DNA of 63,602 bases, filler included. It is 5 parts of 5 records of this genome, joined end to end, with 100 filler letters (N's around TTAATTAATTAA, not from the genome) between each part and the next. Parts side by side here need not be neighbours in the genome. Positions count along the whole stretch, not along the records: positions 45,745 to 55,909 come from SRR31156797_21485; positions 56,010 to 63,602 come from SRR31156797_21502; 3 more parts are not named here. One strand, written 5' to 3'. The position numbers and the translations under genes are program-made. Positions 48,919 through 59,205 of the stretch are shown here, piece by piece (position 1 is the first letter of the stretch; every line of letters starts with the position of its first letter). The notes beneath the pieces were generated by a model. The model ran no database searches. It saw only the letters and a list, made by a program, of their open reading frames with translations, and was not told where the DNA came from.

Positions 48919-49780
48919 TTATTCCTCCTCGAAATATGCTGAATACTCAACAGGCATCGAATTCAGTTCGCGGATTTCAATATCCTTATAAAAAACCTCA
49001 GCTGCTTCACTTTGCAACTGAATTTTTCCTTTATCTAAAGCGATTGATTTTCCGTTTTCAATGTATCGTGAGTTCTTAAGAATCATAACAACATGTTCGT
49101 TATCCATGTGAATGCTTTTTCCTTCAAAACAAATTAGTTCCAGCGTATTCCATTCTCCGTGTGGTTTCTCGAAATTGGCACTGCGCAAACAAAATCCCTG
49201 GATTTCTTCCCCGTTTCCGAGCGAAATAAAAGGCTGGCTTTCATCGGCTACCGGATTCATAATGTATTCCGGAATATAAGCTTTTATATCGATGGCTGAA
49301 CTTGCCTGGCTCCAGAAATCTCCCATATGGCCTTCCATTATCTGAAACTCCTGTGAAAGCATCCACGAACGCCAGTGTTCTGCTCCAAGTGGACCAATTG
49401 AATGATATAAAATTCCGGAATCGCGAAGCAGTTTTTTTCTGGGTTCATATTTTTTATCTCCCCATTTTACTTTTAACCGAAAATGATAATTATCGTATTC
49501 TTCTTTTGTAAAAACACATCCGTAAATCTCGCCGCTTACTTTTAAAACCGGTTCATTTTCTTCGGTAATAACGGTAAAAACCTTATAATCATCTTTGTTC
49601 TTTCCAATGGGGTCAATCAGGTTTCCTTCTTTGTCTTTGGGTTGTTGCCCATCGTAACCATCCTCGAATTTATTTATCCCAATGAGATAATTCTTTATCG
49701 AGCAGATTTGTCCAACCCGAATTCTCATTTGTTGAAAAAACAGTTATCAGTGTTATGGCAATAATAATTAGGCTTTTCAT
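48919..49780 (-). pseudogene. DUF1080 (3-keto-disaccharide hydrolase family) gene, frameshifted near 49670
   Basis: ATG 49780 gives MKSLIIIA..WTNLLDKELSHWDK then TAA; the catalytic part (RDSGILYH, EFQIMEG, GKIQLQSE) is in another frame. Confidence 0.75.
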
Positions 49781-49837
49781 TTCAATTAATTTCTGTTGAT
49801 GTAAAATTCTTACTTAATTCGAAAAATAAATTTACGA

Positions 49838-51235
49838 CTATATTTTTAATGAGTTTAAATCTTGTATTGTTATTGGTTTTGCCAGGATTTTTCGATTGCG
49901 GTCGATTATAAACATGGTTGGTGTGGCATAAATATTATAATCTTCGGTTACTTTCCCGTCCCATTCCATAAGGTCTGAAACATTAAACCACGATTCGGTT
50001 TTTAAGTTAAAAACTGCATTCTGCCATTCTTCTTTTGAAGTATCGAGCGAAACTGCGATTACTTCAAATTCCGTGTTTTGCTGTTGTATCCAGTCTTTGA
50101 TTAATGGAATCATTTCGTTACAATGTGGGCACCAACTGGCCCAAAAGAGTAAAAGTGTTTTTTCTTTTTGAACTTCAGAAAGTCGCACCGGATCGTTATT
50201 AATATCGTTCAGTATAAAATCGGGAACTTCTGTTCCAATTTTCATTTTTGTGGATAAAAGCTTGCGTTCCAACGTAGTTTTCTCGTCGGTTTGGCAGGTT
50301 GTTTCTGAATACTTTTCGGCAATGTAATCAATTACATTTTCCATTTTTAACACTTCAAAACCATGTACCAGATAATCGAGTATGAACTCATACACTTCCT
50401 GGTTTTTATTTACACTTTTCAGTATTAAATCCACAGCCTCGATGTACGCACCTTCCCGTTGTGAATTATTAAAACTGCGTTGATTAAAACGGGTTAAATA
50501 TTCGAAAATACAGTTGGTAAATAAATTTGAATTAATTAATGTTTCGTTATCAAATTTAACTGTTTTGAAATATTCATTCCTGAAGATTTCATTTCTTTGG
50601 AGTTGTGACAAGTTCCCGTCAAGAAAAGGTTTTCTGAACGTTCTTATCATTTCCGCCGCGAGCAGATTTTGATTTTTTCCCGCGGTTTCTGTTATATATT
50701 TATCTCTTTCGGTTTGCAGTTGATTGTATTTTTTTACCCGTTCTGTAAGTTCCGTAATGTTGTTTTGTTCCTGATAATAATCGATTTCCATTTCCAGTAA
50801 ATTAATCTCATTTTGAAAATTATCTTCAATTTTTTGAAATTCAAACCAAACCCTGTTTTCTTCCGAAAGAATAACAAGTAAACTGTCGGATGGAGCTTTA
50901 AAATTGGTTTCAAAAATGAGGTGTTCATTATTAAAAATAAAATCGAGCTGCTGCGGTGGCTCGTTCATAATTTTTGCTTCCAGTGTTTTACCTAAAATAA
51001 GCCGGTACATTCCCGGTTTTTTTTTGGTTGAAAAATTAAACTGAACGGAATTATTTTTTGCAAAAGCACTATCGGTTGGAATAAATTTATCGCCTTTAAT
51101 TTGCCCAAGAATTACCTGGTTATTCGGTTGTTTTTTTATTTGCACATCTAACGTAAAAGTTTGCGCAAATAACTGAGTAGGCAATATTAACAGGAGAATT
51201 AAACGGGTTATTGTATGAACGAGATTCTTAATCAT
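49838..51235 (-). CDS. TlpA/redoxin-domain exported protein
   Basis: Signal peptide; C-terminal FWASWCPHC, YNIYATPTMFIID. Confidence 0.88.
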   Translation of the reverse strand: MIKNLVHTITRLILLLILPTQLFAQTFTLDVQIKKQPNNQVILGQIKGDKFIPTDSAFAKNNSVQFNFSTKKKPGMYRLILGKTLEAKIMNEPPQQLDFIFNNEHLIFETNFKAPSDSLLVILSEENRVWFEFQKIEDNFQNEINLLEMEIDYYQEQNNITELTERVKKYNQLQTERDKYITETAGKNQNLLAAEMIRTFRKPFLDGNLSQLQRNEIFRNEYFKTVKFDNETLINSNLFTNCIFEYLTRFNQRSFNNSQREGAYIEAVDLILKSVNKNQEVYEFILDYLVHGFEVLKMENVIDYIAEKYSETTCQTDEKTTLERKLLSTKMKIGTEVPDFILNDINNDPVRLSEVQKEKTLLLFWASWCPHCNEMIPLIKDWIQQQNTEFEVIAVSLDTSKEEWQNAVFNLKTESWFNVSDLMEWDGKVTEDYNIYATPTMFIIDRNRKILAKPITIQDLNSLKI

Positions 51236-51334
51236 AAAAAAAGGATTACGATGATAAAATTAGCAAAAATGATAAAATATAAGTGGTGTACTTTTTTTAT
51301 TCTATTTTTAGAGTGAAAATTTATACCAGCAAAA

Positions 51335-52720
51335 ATGAATAAAGCACGATTGACCTTATATTTCGGAATTCTTTCTCTATTCGGTTTTTTTCTTCAGGCC
51401 GAAGCAAATGTTTCTATCCCTGAAATTTTTTCGAATAACATGGTTCTTCAGCAAAATTCGGAAGTTAAATTCTGGGGGTGGGCAAAATCGGGCGAAACGG
51501 TTCGCATAAAAACCGGATGGACAGATGAGGAGAGTTCGATAAGAGTTGGCAGCCAGGGAACCTGGGAAATTATTGTGAAAACACCAAAAGCGGGCGGACC
51601 ATTTGAAATAAGTATAAAAGGGTATAACGAAATAGTTTTATCGAATGTGCTGATTGGTGAAGTTTGGATTTGCTCTGGTCAGTCGAATATGGAATGGACA
51701 GCTGCTGCAGGGATAAATAATGGTGAAGAAGAAATAGAAAATGCCAAATCTCCGGAAATCAGATTTTTTACCGTACAAAACAGTACATCTCATTTTCCGC
51801 AAGACCATTTTACTGGCAGCTGGATCGATTGTACTCCGGAGACCATGAAAAATTTTAGTGCCATTGCATATTTTTTTGGCCGAAAGTTACAGGAAGAGCT
51901 GGGCGTTCCGGTAGGATTAATAAATTCGAGTTGGGGAGGTACACCAGTTGAAGCGTGGATGCCTGAAGACGCTATTCGGAATGACGATTTTCTGAATGAA
52001 GCCGCTGGTAAGCAAACTCCGGTTCCCTGGGGGCCGGTTGAGCCGGGAAGAATTTATAATTCCATGATTTCTCCTTTAATCCCATTTCGAATTGCAGGTG
52101 CGTTGTGGTACCAGGGAGAGGGAAATACAGTAAATGGTTATGCTTACACCGAGTTGTTGTCGGAACTGATAACCAGCTGGCGAAACAATTGGGGATATAA
52201 CTTTCCATTTTATTTTGCCCAGATAGCTCCTTATAAATATGAAAAACCACTGGAAGGTGTTGTGGTAAGAGAAGCACAACGAAAGGCTCTGAGAGTTGAA
52301 AATACGGGTATGTTGGTGCTTAGCGATATTGGAGACACGCTCGATATTCATCCAAGAAATAAACAGGACGTTGGTTTACGTTTTGCTAATATGGCGTTAA
52401 ACCGTTTTTATAAAACCCTTCAGATTGAAGATTCGGGGCCGCTTTTTAAAACCATGGAGATTGAAAATAATAAAGCTGTTATTTCTTTTGACCATGCTAA
52501 CGGATTGTTTGTAAAGGGAGACAACCTGAATTGTTTTGAAGTGGCAGGTAAAAATGGAAAGTTCTTTCCGGCCGATGCTAAAATAAGAGGAGAGCAAGTA
52601 GTGGTTCAGTCGAAAAAAGTAGCAAAACCTGTTAACGTGCGATTTGCATGGAAGAACACGGCAACACCCAATTTATTTAATGGCGCCCGATTACCGGCTT
52701 CTTGTTTTTATGCCGAGTAA
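51335..52720 (+). CDS. Sialate O-acetylesterase (SGNH) family
   Basis: GEVWICSGQSNM, WGGT, WYQGE, DIHPRNK. Confidence 0.92.
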   Translation: MNKARLTLYFGILSLFGFFLQAEANVSIPEIFSNNMVLQQNSEVKFWGWAKSGETVRIKTGWTDEESSIRVGSQGTWEIIVKTPKAGGPFEISIKGYNEIVLSNVLIGEVWICSGQSNMEWTAAAGINNGEEEIENAKSPEIRFFTVQNSTSHFPQDHFTGSWIDCTPETMKNFSAIAYFFGRKLQEELGVPVGLINSSWGGTPVEAWMPEDAIRNDDFLNEAAGKQTPVPWGPVEPGRIYNSMISPLIPFRIAGALWYQGEGNTVNGYAYTELLSELITSWRNNWGYNFPFYFAQIAPYKYEKPLEGVVVREAQRKALRVENTGMLVLSDIGDTLDIHPRNKQDVGLRFANMALNRFYKTLQIEDSGPLFKTMEIENNKAVISFDHANGLFVKGDNLNCFEVAGKNGKFFPADAKIRGEQVVVQSKKVAKPVNVRFAWKNTATPNLFNGARLPASCFYAE

Positions 52721-53434
52721 TTAAAGAAAGTTTTTATCAAGGAATTCCTGGAATTTTTCTTTGTACTGTTCGCTAACCGGAATATAGATTTTACCAAAAA
52801 CGATACGGCTTCTTTCGATGGTGTCTATTTTTTCAAGGTTAACTATAAACGATCGATGCACGCGCATAAATTTTTCGGAAGGCAGTTTTGCTTCCAACGA
52901 TTTTAGCGTATTTAGCGATAATATTGGTTTCTCATCGTTTTGAAGGTAAACTTTTACATAATCTTTTAAGCCTTCAACATATTTAATGTCGTTGAAATTA
53001 ATACGCCTTATTTTATATTCCGATTTTAGAAAAAGAAATTCATTATTGGCTTCAATTTTTTCATTGGCATTACTTTCGAGCGCAATAAGTTTTTTTGCTT
53101 TTTTTGCAGCATTTAAAAATTCTTCGTAGCTAAAAGGTTTTAAAAGGTAGTCAACGGCTTCGAGTTTAAATCCTTCGAGGGCATATTTTTCGTAGGCTGT
53201 GGTAAATACAATTTTTGGCCGGTTTTCCAGGATTCGGGTGAATTCTATTCCAGAAAGATCGGGCATATGAATGTCAAGAAAAATTAAATCCACAGATTCT
53301 CCTGAAAGAAAATCCATTGCATCCATTGGATTATCAAAAGTTGCCACTAATTCAAGAAACGGTGTTTTGGTAATGTATCCTTTAACCAATTGTAAGGCCA
53401 GCGGTTCATCATCAATGGCAAGTGTTCGTATCAT
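52721..53434 (-). CDS. LytTR-family response regulator
   Basis: IDDEPLA, FLDIHMP, DYLLKP; FMRVHRSFIVN. Confidence 0.95.
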   Translation of the reverse strand: MIRTLAIDDEPLALQLVKGYITKTPFLELVATFDNPMDAMDFLSGESVDLIFLDIHMPDLSGIEFTRILENRPKIVFTTAYEKYALEGFKLEAVDYLLKPFSYEEFLNAAKKAKKLIALESNANEKIEANNEFLFLKSEYKIRRINFNDIKYVEGLKDYVKVYLQNDEKPILSLNTLKSLEAKLPSEKFMRVHRSFIVNLEKIDTIERSRIVFGKIYIPVSEQYKEKFQEFLDKNFL

Positions 53435-53478
53435 TTTTCAGTAATAATTTTGAATAAAAAGTAGTTCAATAGAAAATT

Positions 53479-53523
53479 AATTTAGCCAATAAAAATAATC
53501 AAATTCATATTGGCTAAATTTTT
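53479..53523 (-). terminator. Terminator-like hairpin after GH3
   Basis: AATTTAGCCAATA...TATTGGCTAAATT. Confidence 0.6.
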
Positions 53524-53535
53524 TATAAGAGATTT

Positions 53536-55620
53536 TTACATATCATATGATAATCCATGTCCAAATTCAAATGCTTTATTTGGTGCATCAAAAGGTACAT
53601 CTTCCAGCTGAGATTTTACATCTTCCATAGTTGCCGGAATTTCGAACGGAAGTTTTCCTTTAGGATTGAATTTACCAAAAACCACATCGAGTAAAGCATT
53701 GTCCAGTGCATCGAAAACCATAATTGAAGCTTGTGCAATTTCTTTTAATTCTGCTGGTAAAACCACACTTGTTCCCGAAGGATTAAACGCAACAACCATC
53801 GGTTTTTCTGATTTTGCCAATTCCTTAATTCCATCCCAAATTTCTTGTGCAACTTCAATATTTACTTCGCTTTCTGCACCCAGTAGATCGCCCAGCGATA
53901 ACTTTTCGCCATCGGGAGTTTCTCCTTTTTGAATGGCCGAAAATATTGCCGATGTTAGCTCCTGAGGATCTTCTATTCCGGCAAAAGCAGGTAACGATTT
54001 TGCGGCTTCAATTAAAGTGCTCATGCCTCCTTCTTCTTTTGTTGTGGATGTACGAACCAGGATTAGATCGGCATCAGAAATATTTTCAACTACAGTTGCA
54101 TATTGAGCTGCAATTTCTTTATCGATTCCCTCAACATATAATTTTGTATTTTCTTGTAATGGAAGTATTCCTTCGTTAGTTAATAAAACTATCGATTCCA
54201 GTTGTGCCTGGTACCCGTTTGCCTGGTTAATATCGTTTTGAAGAATTTGTGATGCTGCATCGGGATCAACATAAGGATCTTCGAATAAGCCCAGCATGAA
54301 GTGCCATTGCAAAATACGTTTTGCGGCTAAATTTATTCGGTCTTCAGTAACTCTTCCTTCGTTAACCAATTCAATAAGTAATTGATTTTCCGTTTCACTT
54401 CCCATCTGATCGACACCGGCATTAACGACCATTGCCATATTTTCTTTTAATGAAGTTTTTCCGGCAAACCTTGGGTTCATTGGGCCAACTCGTCCAACAA
54501 CTCCCCAGTCGGTACAAATGGCACCTTTAAATCCAAGTTGATTATATAAAACTTCGGTTGACCAATAGGGGGAAAAACAAACATTAAATGTGTCAACATA
54601 AGTTCCGCTGTAGTAACCCATTACGGCCAGTGCGCCTTTTTCAATGCCTTTTTTCCATGGCAGGAGCTGGTAGTCAAGATTATCGCCCGGGTAAACTAAC
54701 ATATCCGAAGAACCATCTTCATGCGGGCCTGAACCGGGCCAGTGTTTTAAATGAACTAAAACTTTTTCCGATCCAATATTTTCGCCCTGGGCACCATCCA
54801 TAAATGCGGCCATCATTTCGGCGGTAAGTTCAGCATCTTCGGCAAAACATCCCATATTTCGGCTCCAGCGTGGTTCTGTCATTAGGTCTATTTGTGGACC
54901 GAGAATCATATGTAAACCAACGGCTCGATATTCTTCAGCAACAGCTTCTCCAAATTTCTTTAATAATTCAGGATTGCGTGATGCAGTGATTCCAACCTGC
55001 CCTTCTTTGCTTGGCCATTGCGAAAAGTATTGTACTCCGCTAACATGTGCTCCCAGTGTTGCTCCATGACGGGGATCGGTAGAGAACATCACGGGGATTC
55101 CAAGTCTTGATTCCTCTGCATATTCCTGAACTGCGTTCGACCATGCGGCAAATTCTTTTGGTGGTGCTACTCCGTTATTCAGGATATTTCTAAAATTTCT
55201 TTCAACAATGTATGTTTTTACATCGGCACCGGTTTGCATCTGACCATTGGCCATTTCATTATCACCATTTCCACCGGGGCCAATTGGTCCGGCATAAGCC
55301 TCCTGGCTTAATTCCAGTTGGGTGTCGTATATTAATTTACCGTCGGCAGGAATTGCAATATTCGGATGAAACATCAGACCTGCTTTTTCTTCCAGTGTCA
55401 TTAGACTTACGAGATTGTTAATGCGCTGCTCAACGGGCAACCGCCAGTCTTCATAGGCATCCAGTTCACCGTTTTTATTCAGGTCTTTAAACTGGTATTC
55501 ATCTACATCGATGATTTTTACTTTTTGAGCTTCCAGGGTGGGTTGGTCATATTCGACTTTGGTGGTACATTGTACAAAAGCCAAAACCGAAATTAAAGCT
55601 AAGATAGTTAGGTTTTTCAT
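53536..55620 (-). CDS. Glycoside hydrolase family 3 lipoprotein (beta-glucosidase-like)
   Basis: Lipoprotein signal (VQC); FKDLNKNG, RLGIP..STDPRH, EPRWSR, KHWPG, CTDWG nucleophile, PKGKLPFE. Confidence 0.92.
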   Translation of the reverse strand: MKNLTILALISVLAFVQCTTKVEYDQPTLEAQKVKIIDVDEYQFKDLNKNGELDAYEDWRLPVEQRINNLVSLMTLEEKAGLMFHPNIAIPADGKLIYDTQLELSQEAYAGPIGPGGNGDNEMANGQMQTGADVKTYIVERNFRNILNNGVAPPKEFAAWSNAVQEYAEESRLGIPVMFSTDPRHGATLGAHVSGVQYFSQWPSKEGQVGITASRNPELLKKFGEAVAEEYRAVGLHMILGPQIDLMTEPRWSRNMGCFAEDAELTAEMMAAFMDGAQGENIGSEKVLVHLKHWPGSGPHEDGSSDMLVYPGDNLDYQLLPWKKGIEKGALAVMGYYSGTYVDTFNVCFSPYWSTEVLYNQLGFKGAICTDWGVVGRVGPMNPRFAGKTSLKENMAMVVNAGVDQMGSETENQLLIELVNEGRVTEDRINLAAKRILQWHFMLGLFEDPYVDPDAASQILQNDINQANGYQAQLESIVLLTNEGILPLQENTKLYVEGIDKEIAAQYATVVENISDADLILVRTSTTKEEGGMSTLIEAAKSLPAFAGIEDPQELTSAIFSAIQKGETPDGEKLSLGDLLGAESEVNIEVAQEIWDGIKELAKSEKPMVVAFNPSGTSVVLPAELKEIAQASIMVFDALDNALLDVVFGKFNPKGKLPFEIPATMEDVKSQLEDVPFDAPNKAFEFGHGLSYDM

Positions 55621-55667
55621 TTTGTGTTAGTTCTTGAATTAGTAAAAACTTTTTGTTTTTGTATATT

Positions 55668-55909
55668 TTATTCTGTTAAATTAATTTCCAGTTGAACGGT
55701 AAAATTCTGTTCCGATTGGGAAATATCTAAATTGTGTTTTGAAGGAAATAACAGATTCAATCTCTTTTTTACATTTTCCAAACCTATACCCGAATGATTT
55801 TCATCTATTTCTTTATCTGTTTGACGACCAATACTGTTTTTACATGAAAACTGGATCTGTGATTCATCAATTTTCATAAAAATATGGATAAACGATTTTT
55901 CGCGATAAC
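55668..55909 (-). CDS. LytS-type sensor histidine kinase, C-terminal fragment
   Basis: HSGIGLENVKKRLNLLFP G-box; truncated at contig edge. Confidence 0.85.
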
Positions 55910-56009
55910 NNNNNNNNNNNNNNNNNNNNNNNNNNNNNNNNNNNNNNNNNNNNTTAATTAATTAANNNNNNNNNNNNNNNNNNNNNNNNNNNNNNNNNNN
56001 NNNNNNNNN
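55910..56009. other. Artificial contig-joining linker
   Basis: N44-TTAATTAATTAA-N44. Confidence 0.98.
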
Positions 56010-56435
56010 CATAAATGCATCTAAGTGACAGGCACTTCCTGTTTGTATTTGTACTGCTTTGATATCTTTTGCTTTTAATCTATCTGCATCTTTGTTTGTT
56101 TCTAAGTCACCCTCAACTACACCATATTTAAAATCTGCAAGTTCGGCAAGGTTTTCTAGAAGAGTAGTTTTCCCACTTCCTGGACTACTCATTAGGTTTA
56201 TTCCTAATACTTTATGATTATCAAAGTGTGCTCTATTGTGTGCTGCTTCGTGGTCATTTTTATCTAAAATCTTTTGAATAACAGAGATTGTTTTACTGTC
56301 ATTTAATTGTGGATTATGATGAAGTGTTTCATGAGCTGCTTGGTGAGATGATGAGTCTCCATGTTGATGTTCATGAGAGTGTTCATGTCCGTGGTGATGA
56401 TGGTCAGTTATACTACATCCGCAATCTGTACACAT
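56010..56435 (-). CDS. hypB: Hydrogenase nickel incorporation GTPase HypB (3'-truncated)
   Basis: MCTDCGC, His-rich stretch, MSSPGSGKTTLLE, EGDLET, CHLDA. Confidence 0.97.
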
Positions 56436-56585
56436 TGTATTTCCTTTTTATGAATAATTGTTCAATTTCTTAGCAAGTCTAGTGAATTAAAACTAAAATT
56501 AAACTAATAATATGATACACTTATGTATTATTTGAACTAAGAATTTTTATATGTTTCAATATACGATTAAAAAAGGATTTTATTA

Positions 56586-57692
56586 ATGGCAGGTATTCTA
56601 GGTTACTTATCAATTCTATCTGATGATATTAGTACTTTAGCAGGAAAAAGTATGGCTACTGCTTCAAAGAGTATTGCTTCATCATTTGATGATGTGGGAA
56701 TTTTATTTGATGATATAGTTACTTATACAAAAATGGCAAGTAGTAAATCTTCAGCAATTTTAGTTGATGATTTAGCAGCAATTTCAAGTTTTACAAACGA
56801 AACAACATCTGATATTTTAAAAAGAGAGTTAAAGAAAGCTAACTCAGTTACTCAACTAAAAGAAAACATCAATACCCTTGATGAGAAAGAGAAAGATGAA
56901 GTTCTAAAAGAGTTAAACAAGCTTAAAAAAGATGCAATGAAAAGTGCTCAAAAAAATGCAGCAAAAAGGGAACTTCCAATTGTTTATAAAATTGCAGTTG
57001 GAAGTGTAAAAAATAAACTAATTATTATTCCTATTGTTTTATTACTAAGTTATATTGCTCCTTGGCTAATCTCTCCAATACTAATCTTAGGTGGTATTTT
57101 TTTAGCTTTTGAAGGTGTTGAAGCGATTTTAGAAAAGATGTTTCACCATGAAGAAAATAATACCCAAAATACAAAAGAGAAAAGTCTTTCAAGTGAAGAG
57201 TTTGAGAATCAAAAAGTTAAAAGTGCAATAAAAACAGACTTTATTTTATCTTTTGAGATTATAGTTATTGCTCTTAGTCTTTTAGACGATTCTAGTTTTA
57301 TAATCAAATTATCAGTACTATTTTTAGTTGGATTAATTGCAACAATTGGTGTTTATGGAATAGTTGCTATGATAATCAAACTTGATGATGTAGGTTTTTA
57401 TTTAGAAGAGAAAAAATCTATTTTACTTCAAAGGATTGGTTCATCACTTGTTGCTTCAATGCCAATCATAATAAAAGTAATTTCAGTTATAGGAACTGTT
57501 GCTATGTTAGCAGTTGGTGGAGGAATTGTTGCTCATCAAACACATCTACTTCATTATGTTGAACCATTTTTAAGTAGTTTCGAAAAAATAGAAGGATTCC
57601 TAACTTTTACTACTGAGATTCTATTTGGATTAGTAATTGGTTTCATAACAGTTAAAATTGTAGATTTAGTAAAACCACTAATAAAAAAATGA
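56586..57692 (+). CDS. DUF808/YedI-family inner membrane protein
   Basis: DD repeats, RELPIVYKIAVGSVKNK, LAFEGVE, AIKTDFILSFEI, IIKLDDVG, GTVAMLAVGGGI. Confidence 0.88.
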   Translation: MAGILGYLSILSDDISTLAGKSMATASKSIASSFDDVGILFDDIVTYTKMASSKSSAILVDDLAAISSFTNETTSDILKRELKKANSVTQLKENINTLDEKEKDEVLKELNKLKKDAMKSAQKNAAKRELPIVYKIAVGSVKNKLIIIPIVLLLSYIAPWLISPILILGGIFLAFEGVEAILEKMFHHEENNTQNTKEKSLSSEEFENQKVKSAIKTDFILSFEIIVIALSLLDDSSFIIKLSVLFLVGLIATIGVYGIVAMIIKLDDVGFYLEEKKSILLQRIGSSLVASMPIIIKVISVIGTVAMLAVGGGIVAHQTHLLHYVEPFLSSFEKIEGFLTFTTEILFGLVIGFITVKIVDLVKPLIKK

Positions 57693-58336
57693 TTTGTCCA
57701 TATTGTAACAGCAAAAGAGTTTACAACTTAAAAGATGACTACAAAAAATGTAGTCAATGCAAAAAGAAGTTTTCTCCTAAAAAGATTGAAACAGATTATA
57801 GAGTTATAGAATTCTTTTGCAACAATATAAATGCCAATAAATGTGCAAAAATACTAAACCTAAACTATAGAACTGTACAAAATAGATATATGCTTTTTAG
57901 GAAACTAATTTCGCTTTTTTTAGAGGATGTTTATTATAGTTCGATAAATGACAACAGTTCTTATGAAGAGTATTATTACTTTTCAAATAGACAAAAAAGA
58001 AACAAAAAAAAGTCACTTTATGATGCAATAAATGTGATTGGGTTTTATTCAAACAGAAGAGTTTTTACTCTACTTATGCCAAAACTAAGAAGATATGACA
58101 AAGGTGAAGATGAAAAAAGTTTTGAAAACTATTTAAAATGGCATAAAATCTATTCTCAATACTCTTACTCAACTCCTTTGAATATTTTTTGGAAGTATTT
58201 AGAAGAGAATCTTAAAAAATATAAAGGTGTTACAGAAGATAACTTCTTTTACTATTTAAAAGAGTGTGAATTTAAATTTAACTATTTGCAAAATAAACAA
58301 ATTGAGATACTAAAAGAACTCTATCATCAAAACTAA
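57689..58336 (+). CDS. IS1595/IS1016 transposase-derived protein (Zn ribbon + HTH, DDE degenerate)
   Basis: CPYC..CSQC..F ribbon, HTH, C-terminal KYKGV..NFFYYLKECEFKFN signature; no E.DE.Y motif, no terminal IRs seen; ATGA overlap with upstream gene. Confidence 0.75.
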   Translation: MICPYCNSKRVYNLKDDYKKCSQCKKKFSPKKIETDYRVIEFFCNNINANKCAKILNLNYRTVQNRYMLFRKLISLFLEDVYYSSINDNSSYEEYYYFSNRQKRNKKKSLYDAINVIGFYSNRRVFTLLMPKLRRYDKGEDEKSFENYLKWHKIYSQYSYSTPLNIFWKYLEENLKKYKGVTEDNFFYYLKECEFKFNYLQNKQIEILKELYHQN

Positions 58337-58433
58337 ATAAGTTTATTTATATTTTAAAAAGAAAATTTTTATCCATTGGCTAAAGAAATTATAATCTTAT
58401 CTGAATATAATATCAAAAATTTTAAGGACTTTT

Positions 58434-58727
58434 ATGTTTAGTACTGCATTAAATAGATTTAGATTAATCTCTGCTATTGAAGGTTTATCTTATTTAGTTT
58501 TAGTTTTTATAGCAATGCCGATTAAATACATTGGAGGGGATCCAATTCCTGTAAAAATATGTGGAATGACCCATGGTATTTTATTTATTATTTTTATGAT
58601 TTCATTATTTGAAATAAAAGTTAAAGAAAATATAAGTACAGGTTTTATGTTCCAACTTTTTGTTTTATCACTTATCCCTTTTGGGGCTGTTTTTATTGAA
58701 AAAAGAGTAAAAAGACAAAGCATCTAA
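58434..58727 (+). CDS. DUF3817 membrane protein
   Basis: FRLISAIEGLSYLVL..AMPIKY..GMTHG..SLIPFG. Confidence 0.88.
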   Translation: MFSTALNRFRLISAIEGLSYLVLVFIAMPIKYIGGDPIPVKICGMTHGILFIIFMISLFEIKVKENISTGFMFQLFVLSLIPFGAVFIEKRVKRQSI

Positions 58728-58728
58728 T

Positions 58729-59205
58729 ATGTTTTTATTTGAAACTGGCTTTATAAGTTCAAAAGCACCACTATTTCTTGATTTACTAACTATTTACTTT
58801 GCTTTTTTACCTATTTTGTTAGCACTAAGCATCTTTTATGCTATAAAAAAAAGGTACAAACTTCATTTTTACAGTCAGTCTATTATTTTACTAGTAACAT
58901 TAATTGCTGTTGTAATTTTTGAAATAGGTGTTAGAGTTACTGGTGGTTTTTTAGAGTATGCAAACAACTCAACATCAATTCCATATACTTTCTTATTTAC
59001 TTTTTTAATAGTTCATATAATAATAGCTATTTTAGCTATTGCAGGATGGCTGTACCTTTATATAAGTTCTTATTTGAGTATAAAAGAAAAAGGATTTGAA
59101 GCTTTGCAAAATAGCAACCATAAAAAAAAAGGTAAATGGATTTTTATCAGTTTAAGTATAAGTTGCTATATGGGTTTAACACTCTATTTTTATTTATTTT
59201 TATAA
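58729..59205 (+). CDS. DUF420 family membrane protein
   Basis: Four TMs with His residues: AIKKRYKLH, LIVHIIIA, HKKKGK. Confidence 0.8.
   Translation: MFLFETGFISSKAPLFLDLLTIYFAFLPILLALSIFYAIKKRYKLHFYSQSIILLVTLIAVVIFEIGVRVTGGFLEYANNSTSIPYTFLFTFLIVHIIIAILAIAGWLYLYISSYLSIKEKGFEALQNSNHKKKGKWIFISLSISCYMGLTLYFYLFL

Noticed and set aside
6616-56009. Recurring TTAATTAATTAA flanked by Ns as a biological repeat
   Set aside because: Identical 100-nt spacer, six-frame stops, genes truncated on both sides and taxonomy changing across it: a concatenation linker
56506-56565. NikR operator upstream of hypB
   Set aside because: AATAATA-N13-TATTATT is inverted relative to, and spaced differently from, the Helicobacter-type consensus, and is expected by chance in such AT-rich DNA
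57689-58336. Active insertion sequence
   Set aside because: No terminal IRs or target duplication seen, catalytic residues degenerate, and the gene is coupled to its upstream neighbour
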